Shown here piece by piece: positions 1-11,645 of a stretch of DNA of 64,000 nt. The stretch covers positions 1,488,001-1,552,000 of the forward strand of contig OZ218963.1 of NCBI GenBank assembly GCA_965112735.1, given 5' to 3'. Under the pieces are notes generated by a model that was not told the origin of the DNA, made no database searches, and saw only the letters and a list, made by a program, of their open reading frames with translations. Position 1 is the stretch's first letter. Every line of letters begins with the position of its first letter. Both the position numbers and the translations under genes were made by a program. The DNA comes from Phaeosaccion multiseriatum. Lineage: Eukaryota; Protista; Ochrophyta, other classes.

Positions 1-214
1 GTGTCGCCGGGTGGGGTGCGGGGGACTGGTGCCGCTGCACCTGTCCCTCCTCTGCCCGAGCTGCTACTGCCACCTCTGCGGCTGCTGCTCGAGTTTACTC
101 TGGCCTTTGTGGCCCCCAACACTGTTCCTCCTCCCGAGGTCTTGCTGGCCGACGCTGCCGCGGTCTTATTTCCCCCGCGCAGTGCCCTAAGTGCTTTCGT
201 CTCGCTGTTCTCTG

Positions 215-3200
215 TGTGGTAGATTGTCCTGCCTGAGGGTTTCCGGTCACACATTCTGGGGTATAATAAGAATGTCGGTTTCCTAGGCACGCCCCGAGGG
301 GGTTCAACGGCTCTAGCGTTTCACCCTCCTCTTTGTGGGCACAAGCTTTGCATCAGCAAGTAGTAGAGATATATTATCAATACGGACACTGACGCCCCAC
401 CATAGGCGCAGCATATACTTAGTCCAAACCCCGCAACGTTTCTACTATCTTAGCTTAGCACAGAACTAGTTCTCGCTTTAGAAAAGCTTTGGAGAAGGAT
501 TTTCTCGGACCGATTGGAGGAGCGGCATCATGGCGGTTCAAGGCATCATCATGAGGGACCCAACCCATTGTCCGGAGATACGGACGCCTCTATGTGCGGA
601 AGTCGTCAGCGAGTTCTTACTGCAGTACGATCAGTCCGCGCTCAGGGATAGGGACAAGCCGCTGGATATCCCCAGCATGGTGCAGCTCATCGAACCAGCA
701 CATCGTTTTGGAATAGCCATCGCCAATAAAGTGTCGGAGGCTCAGCTAACGTCCAAGATGGTACGGGATTACTTGGAGAGGTGGTTGAAGAAGAATCGCA
801 GGGAGGACGTCAACGGCAACGCCACTCTTAATGAGATCATCAGGAGGACGGTAATCGAGTACGACCCAGACCCTCTTCAGTTCAAGCACAATCTCCAGTA
901 TATGTGCCAGCAATACCTTCGCGCGATTCACGAGTCGGCAGCAAGGAAGGAGTACCTGAACTTGAACCCCACCGATACGAATTACCTTGGTCCGAACGGA
1001 AAGCACGCTGCCAAAGGGATGCAGCGAGGCTTGCTTACCATCATCAAGAATTATGACCCATGCATGGAGAAGATGCTGGTGGACGCGTTCAAAGATGGAC
1101 AGAAGGACTGGGGAGAGCATCACGGGGAGTGGATGGAGAAATTCGTCAAACACTTATGCCAGTGGGCCACCATGAGAGCGGCAGCACGGCGTATCGGCGG
1201 TAAGGCCGAACATTTCCTTCCCGGACTCAAGGGTGACCAAGGGGCATCTGGAGGCGGCGGGGGGGGGGGGGTGGGCAAGGCAAAGGTGCAGGCGGCAAGC
1301 GCAAGTGGCAGCAGGAGCAGCAGCCAAAGCGTACGGGTGCAGAGACCTCCTCGAAGGAGACAGCGGCGGGCAAAGAGACAGCCAGCAACCCATTGAAGAA
1401 GGCCCGTACTCCGAAGTGCTGGGCCTGCGACAAGCCGCATCGGATTGACGACTGCCCTACAACCACTGCCGAAGACAAGAAACGCATCAAGGCAGAGAAA
1501 CAGAAGGCATGGGAGCAGAGGAAGGCTGAGGCGAAGAAACCGGGGGTGACGTCCGTCTCATCTTCTTCGGCTGCGGCAGGTGTTTCTTTGCCAGGGCCAG
1601 TTGCTATGGACCTCACGGGAGACCGCATGAGCGTGGTTCTCGTGAATGACACGACTCCGGAGGTGCGGATGTCGGCGCAAGCCCTGTTTGACAGCGGATG
1701 CGATGTGGGTATGGTCATGGGTGGTGACCTGGCTCGCACGTGGGTCGGAAAGGGTGGTGGCGTACTAGAGGCCTGTGAGCCTTCGGAGTGCGTCACTGCT
1801 GCTGGACCTGTGACTGCCAACGAAGTGTTGTGCGGCAGTCACCTTGAGATAGAGCTGAGTCATGGAAGCGTGAGTACAGCGCAGCTGGACAAGGAGTTCA
1901 GATCCATATTGGTTCTTGAGAGCTTGGGCAGCAGACTGATTCTGGGCCGGCCTTTGCATAAGGCACTGGGCTTGGAGTCTTTGACTGAGCAATTGCACAG
2001 AGTGCACGAGAAACGGTCGGAGGAGACCCTGCAGAGGGAGCGTGACGACGCTTCCCCTGCGACAGGGGCTGCCCCGACTAAGCAGCAGAGTGTTGAGAAG
2101 AGCGTGTGTTCTATGGGCGTTGAGACCATCCAAGACTTTGCGGATTTTGAGGCAAGCAACTTCCCCGTGCAAGTATTGGGGGTAGGAGCGCAGGAGGTTG
2201 CGGCCGAGAGCCCCCCTCCTGTCGCCAGTGCAGAGGCACCAGAGGTTAGCGCCATTGGCGGCCAACCGCTTAATAATAAAGACCGTGAAGAGTGTGAAGG
2301 TGTACCGGATACTATTCAAGGGCCATCAGAGGGAGTTCCCCCTTCTGAGGCACGCCGTAGAGAGGTGCTAGGTCCCATTGTGGACGAAGCAATCACTGAT
2401 CATGATTTCCCTGCGGAGCTGAGAGAGCCAATGATGGAAGCTCTCTTAGAGTTCGACGTGTGGCGGGAAGAGTTGCTCTTTAGCGACGGCCCCGCTAACG
2501 TAGAGCCAATGGAGGTGACGTTTACCAATAAGGTACCGAGCTCCCGTCTCCCCATAAGGCAACAAGGCGCAAAGGGTGCTTTTGTAAATGACTTTTGCAA
2601 CAAGTTGATAGACAAAGGCCTGGGTTATAGCAACCCGCAGAGCGCTCATGGCAGCCCGGCGTTTGCAGTGGGCAAACCCGGCAAGCCAGGCAAGTACCGT
2701 ATCGTCTGCGACTTTCGCGAAGTCAATGAAAAGGTACAGAAGGTCGATTTTGGGATGATGAACATTGAAGACGCCGTAGCCTCCATGTTGGGTTGCCTAT
2801 GGTTCATCGAGATAGATGGGGTTGACATGTATTGGCAATTCCCACTAGGCAAGTTGAGCCAAGTTGCTCACACCTATATATTCCCAAATGGCAAAGTGAC
2901 GCCAACTCGAGTACCCCAGGGGGCTAAGAACTCGGGCGCTTACGTCCAAGGCCAGATGACCCACCTCTTTCGCAAAGAGTTGTGCAAGACCCACGCCGTC
3001 TACATGGACAACGTAGCGTACTGGGCAAAGGTGGGAGAGGAGATGGTGAGTCTCACTCGACTGACGATGAAGCGCCTCCACAGCGCCAACATCAAGATAG
3101 GATTGAGCTCCTTCCGCTTCGGCAAAGAGCTTAAGTTCCTAGGCCGCGTGCACGACCGACGCGGCACACGACATGACCCCGCCAGAGTGCAGGGCCTGAC

Positions 3201-6010
3201 CAGTCTCGCGGCCCCAGAGACGGCTGGAGATTTGATGACTTTCCTCTGCAGCCTGCAGTGGTTTCATCGATACATCAAGGACTTCGCTAAGCTAGTGGGT
3301 CCTTTGAACGCGCTGTTGAACAAAGCCCTCGGGCAGGCTAACGCTAAGCCTCATCAGCACAAGCGCTCCAAGGCAGTGGCCAAGACGATTCCATTGGCTT
3401 CTGTGGGGTGGGACACAGAGCACGACGATGCTTTCTTCCAGATCAAGCGCGTTCTTGCACAGAACACGGTGCTGTCGCACCCAGACCCAACCAAACTGGC
3501 ACTGGTATTCCCAGATGCTAGTGACCTCTACTGGGGATGTATGATTACATACATAGACCTCAAAGAGCTGTGCCTTCCGGTACATGAGATGAACCACATC
3601 CCGGTGGCCTTCGGCTCAGGCGCCTTTGAAGGCGCAGAGCTGAGGCGTGCCACCATCGACAAGGAAGGAGACGCGACACTCCGAGGCTTGATCCAGAACG
3701 AGTACGCTTTGGTCGGGGCACAGAAAGTGCACATCTTTTGCGACCATCGCAACTTGGCGTTCATGATGAGCAACGACAGCAAGTACCCTGGCATGACTAA
3801 GCCTATGAGGGACAGGCTGCAGCGTCAGGCCGTGCGCCTTCAGAGCTTTGACTACGTCATTGTCCACTGCCCTGGTCATCTCCATGATTGGGCCGACCCC
3901 ATCAGCAGGCGGTACACGCACCCGGTGAGCCTCACCCCTAGTGTGCTCGCCTTGGGCAAGTTTGGACCTATGCAAGTGTTTGACACTATGTGTGAAGACT
4001 TCACTTGGCCCTCCACAACTGAGATTGCCAGTCTGCAGGCCGACGCTCTTCAGGAGCTCCAGCAGGCTAGCAAGGAGGTGGGAGAGAACGGGCGCCGCCT
4101 GCTCCTCTCATCAGTTGGCGACGACGGGTTGATTCGAGCGTGCCATCCGACGAGCAACCCCGCTGACAGCACCCGCATTTGGATTCCCTCGGTGGGAGCC
4201 AAGGCGGAAGACATGCACCTGAGGCTGTGTGTGACTGGCCATCAGGGTATGATGGGCCATCAGGGAGAGACAAACACCCTGAGTGCTCTTAAGGAGAAGT
4301 TCATCTGGCAGTCGCTAGACAAGGACGTGCGCAGCCTCGTTCAGAACTGTCTCCACTGCCTCACCAACGGCAAGGGCGAGAGAGTGCCTCGCCCCCTGCT
4401 AGCTCAATGGCACGCCACTGGACCCCAGCAGCTCATCTGGTTTGACTTCGTCAAGATTGGCGATGGAGTTATATGGGCAGAGTCCCCAGAAGGGTTCATG
4501 AAGCTTCAGGTCAAGCAAGTGCTGTGCATTTTTGATGACTTCTCGTCATTGTCAATGTATGAGCCATGCTTGGAAGCTACTGCACGAGTGTGTGCACGCG
4601 GTCTGTTGCGCTGGTTCGCACAGCATGGCGTAGTGCCCAGGTGGCAGAGTGACCGAGGCAGTCATTTTTTAAATGAGGTGATACGTGAGCTAAGTCAGCT
4701 CTTGCGGTGCAACCACCACTTTGTGGTAGCACACAACCCATATAGTCGAGGATTGGGCGAGCGTGGGGTACAGACACTGCAGAAGATCATGAGATCAATG
4801 ATGTCTGAGCTACGGCAACCGCCCGAGACATGGCCGCAGCTACTGCCAGTGATGGAGGCTGTTGAGAACAGCTCCAACAAGAGCAGTCGGTCTAGCATGT
4901 CTCCCATCCAGCTGCACAGCGGTCACGTACCACAGCGGCCCCTCGATACAATTTTGATCCACGACGCGGATCGACTGCAAAAGGTTCGGCTACTGCAGCT
5001 GACCCCGGCGCAGAGAGACACACTTGCGACACAACTCCATCAGAGGAAGGAGGGGCAGCGTGCCGAGGCGGCGCGCCACCTGACTACCCTCCGCGATCAC
5101 AAGCGCGATGGCATCAACCAGAGGTTGATGAGTGGCAGACGTGGTGCCGAGCATCGGCAGGACTTGGCCCGCGCTAAGCAGCTCAACAGCGAGACGCTGT
5201 TTCAGGTCGGAGTCTATGTACTCGTGGCAACAGTAGGGCCCACAAGCAAGATACTAGGCAAGTGGCATGGGCCCTGCCGAGTGCTTGAGGCCCTTGAGCA
5301 ACACGTGTACAAGGTGGAGGAGCTTGTGGGCAAGAAGCGTACCTATGAGGTCCACATCAGCCGGCTCCGCTACTACTGCGGTGCTCACGTTAACGTCACC
5401 ACCGACGTACTTCAACAGATTTCGTATAACACCCAAGACTTTGTGGTGGAGGCCTTTGAAGGCCTCGTTAAGCACGCAGATGATTCATGGCACGTCATTG
5501 TTAAGTGGCGTGGCTTTGACGCCCTCGAGAATAGCGAGGAGCCCATCGAGGCGCTGCACGAAGATACTCCACGTTTACTGGAGACCTACCTGCAGCACCA
5601 TCAGGACAAGCAGTTGATCAGCGCAGTCCGAGCCTATCTGCGCAAGACTACGACGCGATCGGCTACTAAGCCGCCGCGCTCCGCGCGCACACGAAAGCGG
5701 ACACAAACTAGATGATAGACACACTTACTTCCCAGTTGGCTCGAACTGTCGCTTGGGGGTAGTGTGGTAGATTGTCCTGCCTGAGGGTTTCCGGTCACAC
5801 ATTCTGGGGTATAATAAGAATGTCGGTTTCCTAGGCACGCCCCGAGGGGGTTCAACGGCTCTAGCGTTTCACCCTCCTCTTTGTGGGCACAAGCTTTGCA
5901 TCAGCAAGTAGTAGAGATATATTATCAATACGGACACTGACGCCCCACCATAGGCGCAGCATATACTTAGTCCAAACCCCGCAACGTTTCTACTATCTTA
6001 GCTTAGCACA
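215..6010 (+). mobile_element. Ty3/Gypsy chromovirus-type LTR retrotransposon, copy A1, essentially full length
   Basis: 248-bp TG..CA LTRs at 215-462 and 5763-6010, identical by eye. 4-bp TSD TCTG (211-214 / 6011-6014). PPT TGGGGGTAG before the 3' LTR. Domain order gag-PR-RT-RH-IN-chromo. Confidence 0.97.
530..5715 (+). CDS. gag-pol: Gag-Pol polyprotein of A1; probably one ORF broken by a 1-nt loss in the G run at ~1259-1271
   Basis: CCHC knuckle CWACDKPHRIDDC; protease ALFDSG; RT (IEIDGVDMYWQ, PQG, YMDN at 3001-3012); RNase H (FPDAS, CDHRNL); integrase HHCC + D,D,E (WFDF, QSDRGSHF, GLGER); GPY/F-like WHGPCRV; chromodomain (VIVKWRGFDALENSEEP). Copy A2 is continuous across the same Gly tract. 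Confidence 0.93.
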
Positions 6011-6525
6011 TCTGGCGTTGACGTTAGCTCCAACACCTGTTGTGCTGGCCTCCCCCCACTGGGAGCTTCTGTTCCTCCTCTCGAGGAAATGGTGACCGGC
6101 TCTGCGGCGGTATCTCTCCCCGCTTCCGTGGCCCCCGTCCCTACGATGTGATCCGTGACCGCTCGCATAAATCGCAAGAGAGGCATCACTCCCTCCGATT
6201 CTAACTTCTTGTCGAACTCGTTATTCTTCGGCTTGAACGTGAGTTCTAACAGCTGCTGTGCTGTACCCCCCCCCCTGCTGGGGGTCGCTACTCCTCCTGC
6301 TGAGGAAATAGTGACTGGTGTTGCGGCCGCTGCCGTGGGCACTCCTTGCTGTGGGATTTTGGCAAACTCTGCCGCTATCATCTCTTTCACCATTGCAGCC
6401 ATCTGCTGCAGTGCGTCTCCTTCTATCGCGGAACTCGCACTGACGGGCGCCGCTGCGTCCGCCTTTTCAACGCCTTCTTCTTCCGCGCCTGGCATGGCTA
6501 ACGAAAGGACTCCCTTCTCTCTCAC
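5998..6525 (-). pseudogene. Low-complexity, possibly gag-like ORF of an older element, interrupted by A1 and continuing in 1-214
   Basis: Internally repeated units (GG..QQ.LELT) run on both sides of the A1 insertion on the minus strand. No diagnostic catalytic motif. Confidence 0.35.
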
Positions 6526-7089
6526 TTGAGTTATCCGACCAAAACTCGCCTGTGTGCCGTCGCCGACTACTCGTAGAACCAGCTAGCTGTGAAGTGTCGC
6601 GACAGCTGTCGTGTTGCGATATCTCCTCTACGATGACAGGGACAAGCTAGAGTAGTGTCAACTCGTGTATTAATAATACCTACTGAGAGATGCGTTCAAG
6701 GAAGTGATGGCCGTGGCCATACATGAATATCGATATCCACATCGATATTGTACGTCGATATAGTGCTCAGTCACAACTGGCGATGCTCATCACAACAAGG
6801 GGCGACAAGTCATCCGAAAACGAGAGAGCCATCCGAATTTCGATAAGCCAAGGGAGCGGAGGGGAGGAGGGAGGGAACTCTATAGTGTGCACGGCGCGAG
6901 AGACCTCTCTCTTGCCCCGGTTTTCTCTTTGTCTCCCCACTTACTTGACCTTACGCATGTCCTTCGTCTGCGGCTTCCGCCCTTCGGTCACCATCATGCG
7001 CTGGGCGACCATGGCTCCAAATGCAGGGCCTCGCACGAGGAAGCGCTCGTGGCGGTCGAGCTCCATCTTCTCCCTAGGGTGTGGTGTCT

Positions 7090-7426
7090 ACAGCGGGCAC
7101 AGCTTTCGAGTGTGGCAGCAGCACGGATGTTGTTGTTGCACGGAGCTTGGTGGGACAGAGAAGGATACTCGCAAGGCTGCTTTAGGGACTGTCTGGGTGC
7201 CTTGTAGGCACACCAGTAAACACTTGAGCAGTCAGCATTAGTGGTGCGCAACGAGGCTTTGGCAACGCTGGTGGCGAGTAGGAGTGGAGAAAGATATGGC
7301 GCGGGTGAGTTTGAGTCGTGGGATCTTCTCATCCGTGAGCCTGTGTGGGTGAGTTTGAGTCGTGGGATTTTCTCATCAATACAGAGGGTGTGTGTGGGAG
7401 GAGCGGTCGCACACATCTGGGTGAGT
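7090..7426 (+). mobile_element. Fragment of E-family internal sequence
   Basis: Near-identical to the reverse complement of ~12025-12360; truncated by an H3 hairpin at 7430. Confidence 0.8.
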
Positions 7427-7429
7427 GTT

Positions 7430-7496
7430 TGTTGCCTTTATATAGGCTACACTACCCACTTAGATTAGTATTGCGCAATACTAATCTAAGTGGGTA
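7430..7496. repeat. Truncated H3 terminal palindrome
   Basis: TGTTGCCTTTATATAGGCTACA followed by TACCCACTTAGATTAGTATTGC|GCAATACTAATCTAAGTGGGTA; same unit at 26470, 27110 and 47973. Confidence 0.85.
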
Positions 7497-8031
7497 AGAG
7501 TAAAACCTGGATGGGCGGACACACCCGTTTTGCGGACAGGGCCTACCCCCCCCCCACCCCCCCCCCCCCTTTTTCTTCTTTAGCCACTACTGGCGCCTGT
7601 TGGAAGGCCTCAGAGTGAGAAGGACCATAAGTCAATGGTCGGTGTGTCCTATATTACGTAGATTCTGAGTGGAGGAGGACGTCAGAACGGTGATCTTGGT
7701 ATAAGGAGAGCCTAGCAGCAGGGCTTGCAAACGGGTTCCATCCCGTATAATATATCAAGGGTTACCACTTGTCTAAGCGGCTTAGGTCGCTTTTACAACC
7801 CGTTTTGACACAATTGCTGGTGAGGATATCCGAAAAACAAAGGAAGAAGAGGCAGGACAGGACAGGACCGGGAAGGCAGGAGGCACACAGGCCAGCTAGG
7901 ACCAGACTCGGAGGCGGTAGGCAGTACCAGCACACGGCATACAGGGGACAGTGGCTGCCACAGCGGTGGGCAGAGGATAGGCAGCAGGCAGGGAGCGAAC
8001 AGCAGAAGCGGCACAGCAGTGTGGAGGTGAC

Positions 8032-9651
8032 GTGAGGGGCTCTCGGTCGGCCACAGCGGCACCCATGGCGGATTCTCCCACCAGTGTGGTCCCGAGTGGT
8101 GTTCTGACTCGCGCCCAGCGCGCTGCCGCTGAGGAAACGCGGGCTGCAGGCGAGGCAACAGCGACGGTCACGCCCCCATCTACGCCTCGTACGTCAGGAT
8201 TTCTCCAGCGTCTCTCTGGTGGTCTCACTGGGCTCCTCTCTCGGCAGTCGGCGGCCCTATCGGCGGCTGACGAGGCGGAGGTGGACGCTCAGGCTGAGCG
8301 GGATGTGGACCGGGTTATCCAGGCGGGCGATCTGCATGCTGCTGCCCTCGAGGCTGATGCCGCGGAGGAGGAGGAGGAGGAGAATTCGGAGGAGGAGGAG
8401 GAGGAGGAGGAGGCGGAGGAAGGGACGGCTTCGGCGGCAGCGGGGATGGCAGGGGGTACTGTGGGCGCTGTGGCAGACGGCAGGGCTGCGCCTGACGGGT
8501 TGGGGGTGCAGCAGCGGTTGCTAGCGGCTCAGATGTTGGGGCTGCAGCAGCAGATGGCCAGTTTGCATCTCCAAGCCTTGCCGACCGGTGGCCCTGTACT
8601 GGGGGGGGGGGTGCAGACGATTCGGAGCTTGCCCGCTAAACTCTCTCTCATGCCCCCGCTCACCTGGGGCCTGACGCACCGGGCCACGTTGGAGGTCTTC
8701 TCCAAGTGGATGCAGCAGCTGGAGTCCTGGGGCTACATGCGGCACGGGGAGGTGAAGGAAGAGCAGTGGGTGGAGGTGCAGCGTCTCATGACTGAGGGTT
8801 TCTCGGTGATGGAGCGGAGTAAGCTCGAGACAGCGGTGAGGGTGGAGAGGTCTGCACCTGACACTCCGCCTTTCTACCACGCGGCCGTGAGGGCGCTATT
8901 CCGGTTCTTTCACACGGTCGAGCTGCAGAACGCCGCGGTGGTACGGAGCCTGGTGACGTCCGAGTTGACGGGCTGCATGGAGTCCAATCTCAAGCTGGTG
9001 ACGGGGGTGTATCAGGTTAACGGCCTCAGGGCCTTGTTGGCGCAGGTCGGCGGCGATGCGCTGGCCGCCCTCGTGGATCAGGAGGGGATGGCGGTTCTGG
9101 AGGCTCAAGCCATGCATCGGCGCAGGGGCATCAGTCCGCAGTCGCTCACCAACGCCATCCTGCAGGAGGTGAACATGGCGGTGGCACACAAGCACTCCTG
9201 GGCGGCCTTGGGGACTATGTTGGAGCGGAAGTGCCCCCAGGAGTTCGAGCAGGTGCTCATGGACCACAGCCAGTTGTCGTGCGGGGGTGGCGGTCGTGGC
9301 GGTGGTGGTGGGGGCGGTGGGGGTGGCAGGCCTGGGAGGGAGAGCATGGACATCAACGCCGTGGATCTGCCGGCTTCTGCTGCCGCTACCACCTCCATGG
9401 CGGCATCGGGTGCCACCCCGCAGACTGTGGGGGCCGTGGTGCCGGCTCTGCACGCGCCGGCGGATCGCTGCTATGGGTGTGGTCAGACAGGGCACTTCCG
9501 TTTTGGGTGTAATGTGGTGCCCCCAACCCCGGGTCTGAAGCGCGCGTTGATGAAGCAATTGAAGCGGAAGCTGGCGGAGGACCCGGATTTCGACGCCATC
9601 TCCGAGATGGTTAGGGGCGTGCAGGCAGAGGCAGCGGGTGGTCTGTTGTGA
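8032..9651 (+). CDS. gag: Gag of element D
   Basis: CCHC knuckle CYGCGQTGHFRFGC near the C-terminus, preceded by an MDINAV spacer; located after the LTR/PBS. Confidence 0.85.
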   Translation: MRGSRSATAAPMADSPTSVVPSGVLTRAQRAAAEETRAAGEATATVTPPSTPRTSGFLQRLSGGLTGLLSRQSAALSAADEAEVDAQAERDVDRVIQAGDLHAAALEADAAEEEEEENSEEEEEEEEAEEGTASAAAGMAGGTVGAVADGRAAPDGLGVQQRLLAAQMLGLQQQMASLHLQALPTGGPVLGGGVQTIRSLPAKLSLMPPLTWGLTHRATLEVFSKWMQQLESWGYMRHGEVKEEQWVEVQRLMTEGFSVMERSKLETAVRVERSAPDTPPFYHAAVRALFRFFHTVELQNAAVVRSLVTSELTGCMESNLKLVTGVYQVNGLRALLAQVGGDALAALVDQEGMAVLEAQAMHRRRGISPQSLTNAILQEVNMAVAHKHSWAALGTMLERKCPQEFEQVLMDHSQLSCGGGGRGGGGGGGGGGRPGRESMDINAVDLPASAAATTSMAASGATPQTVGAVVPALHAPADRCYGCGQTGHFRFGCNVVPPTPGLKRALMKQLKRKLAEDPDFDAISEMVRGVQAEAAGGLL

Positions 9652-9688
9652 CGATGCCCCGCCGCTACAGAGTCGGTAGCAGCGGGGC
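9649..9688 (+). promoter_or_regulatory. Putative stop-codon readthrough signal (UGA-CGA plus 13-bp stem-loop)
   Basis: The gag stop is in frame with pol. Stem 9656-9668/9676-9688. An equivalent signal is in B at 41858-41897. Confidence 0.75.
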
Positions 9689-11645
9689 CCGGAGCCCTGG
9701 GGCGGGGGGGGGTGGTAACGGCAAGTAGTAGGGCAGTAGATACGGGAGTTAGAGAGGGTAACAAATCACATAATGTAACACCTCATCGAGCTTGTGTATC
9801 GTCTCCCTTCAGCTTGCTAGCCACACCTCCTCCCTCCCCGAGGGGCGAGATTCACACAGTTGACAGCGGTAGGCACGTCGACAGCGGTAGGGGGTGGGTT
9901 GACGGTGATGGGGTGGAGCAGAAGGCGGAGAAGGCGAAGGAGGAGGAGGAGGAGGCGGCGGTGTGGGGTGCGGTAGGGGGCATGCCGTTGTGGCGGCAGC
10001 GAGCTTGCCGTGAGCCACGCCTTCCGCACCATATGCTGCGTATAGGGCGGCGGAAGCAGCAAGCGCTCACTCTGCGCGCAACAGCTGACGCCGCACGGGC
10101 TCGGGCGGCCGCGTTCCTACGTTGCGCAGTGGGGCTCCCAGCCGCTGGGGGTGCAGTCGAGGGTGCGGCCGTTGGAGGGTTGAGGGCTGCCCCGCTCCCG
10201 TTGGTGGCGGTGGAGGCGGAGGCAGAGGCGGAGGAGGTGGAGGTGGAGGAGGAGGAGGAGGATGAGGAGGAGGAGGCGGAGGAGGAGGCGGAGGAGCAGC
10301 AGGAGGAGGCAGCTGACGCAGTAACGGCAGCGGCACCGGAGGGGCCGGAGGAGGAGGAGGAGGAGGAGGAGGAGGAGGAGGAGGAGGCGGAGGAGCAGCA
10401 GGAGGAGGCAGCTGACGCAGTAACGGCAGCGGCACCGGAGGGGCCGGAGGAGGAGGAGGAGGAGGAGGAGGAGGAGGAGGAGGCGGAGGAGCAGCAGGAG
10501 GAGGCAGCTGACGCAGTACCGGCAGCGGCACAGGAGGGACCGGAGGAGGAGGAGGAGGAGGAGGCGGAGGAGGAGGAGGAGGAGACGGAGGAGGAGGAGG
10601 AGGCAGCTGCCGCAGTGACGGCGGAGGCACCGGAGGGGCAGGAGAAGGAAGAGGCTCAGAAGGCGAAGGCAGAGGAGACGGAGGAGGAGGCGGAGGAGGA
10701 GGAGGAGGAGGAGGAGGAGGAGGAGGAGGCGGAGGAGAAGGAGGAGGCGGAGGAGGAGGAGAAGGAAGAGGCTCAGAAGGCGACGGAGGAGGAGAAACCA
10801 ATGTCGGAGGGGCTGGAGGCGGAGGAAGAGGCGAAGGAGGCTAAGGAGGAGCCGACGGAGACGGTGGCGGATTACGGGCACGAGGCTCGACAGACTGGTG
10901 CAGCAGCCGATGCAGCAATAGCAGCAGCGCTCTTTGGGGCTGAGCTGCAGGCAGAGGTTGAGGCCGCTGCACAGGGGCCGGCATGCGGGCTGGTGGGGGC
11001 GACGGCGGAGGCACAGCGGCGGGTCTGGAGGGCCCGACAGGTGGTGGTCATGCGGCGGTGGCGTGAAGGGCATGTGTTCCGCTGCCCTGCGTCTGCGGCT
11101 GCTGACGTGCCCCGGGGGGTCATGGCTCTACCGCTCGGGGTCCCTCCATGGGAACAGTCTCTCCGTGACCCCAGCCTGCTTCGGGAGTGGGTGTGGGCGG
11201 CGCAGGAGTGGGTGATCAGCGACGCACAGACAGCTACGCAAGCTGCACAGCGCTGGGCGGCAGAGTGCGCGGCCGCTCAAGCGCGGGTGCTGACGTGGGC
11301 GGCCGAAACGTTTGTGATTCCGCCGGCTGGCCGTCGCGTGCCTTCGGGGGTGGGGGTTGGGCCTTCAGCCGCGACGGCAGGGCGTTCTGCTCTGCTGGTC
11401 GACGACTGCGATGATTTCGACGCGCTGCTCGCGGAGCACGTCACCCTGCTGCCGGAGTGTAGTGGTGCTCTTCCTGCATTGTCTCCGACGGCGAAGGCGT
11501 GTCGAGCAGCGGCGCTCCTGGCACCAGCTGCCGAATCGGTGGAGAGGGAGTGCGTCAGTGGGTGCTCTCTGAGTGCGGAGCGGGAGCCCTGTGAGGTGTG
11601 CGTGCAGCGAGCGAGGGTGGAGATGGCGGCGCTCTCAGTTACTGA

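Noticed and set aside
1255-1275. Programmed frameshift between A1 gag and pol
   Set aside because: It falls in a pure G run that is 1 nt shorter than the mixed Gly codons of A2, where the frame is continuous. More likely a homopolymer error or mutation.
6588-6794. LTR of the element hosting A1
   Set aside because: TGTGA..TCACA ends are suggestive, but there is no second copy or TSD in the window to confirm.
9649-9688. Selenocysteine UGA with SECIS, suggested by the nearby selO
   Set aside because: The stem lacks the eukaryotic AUGA/GA quartet and AA loop and sits at the gag-pol junction; ordinary readthrough fits better.
10067-11073. Poly-Pro and poly-Leu minus-strand ORFs (also 14082-15383 and 40646-41632)
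   Set aside because: Shadow frames of GAG/GGA/CAG repeats in the real pol ORFs.
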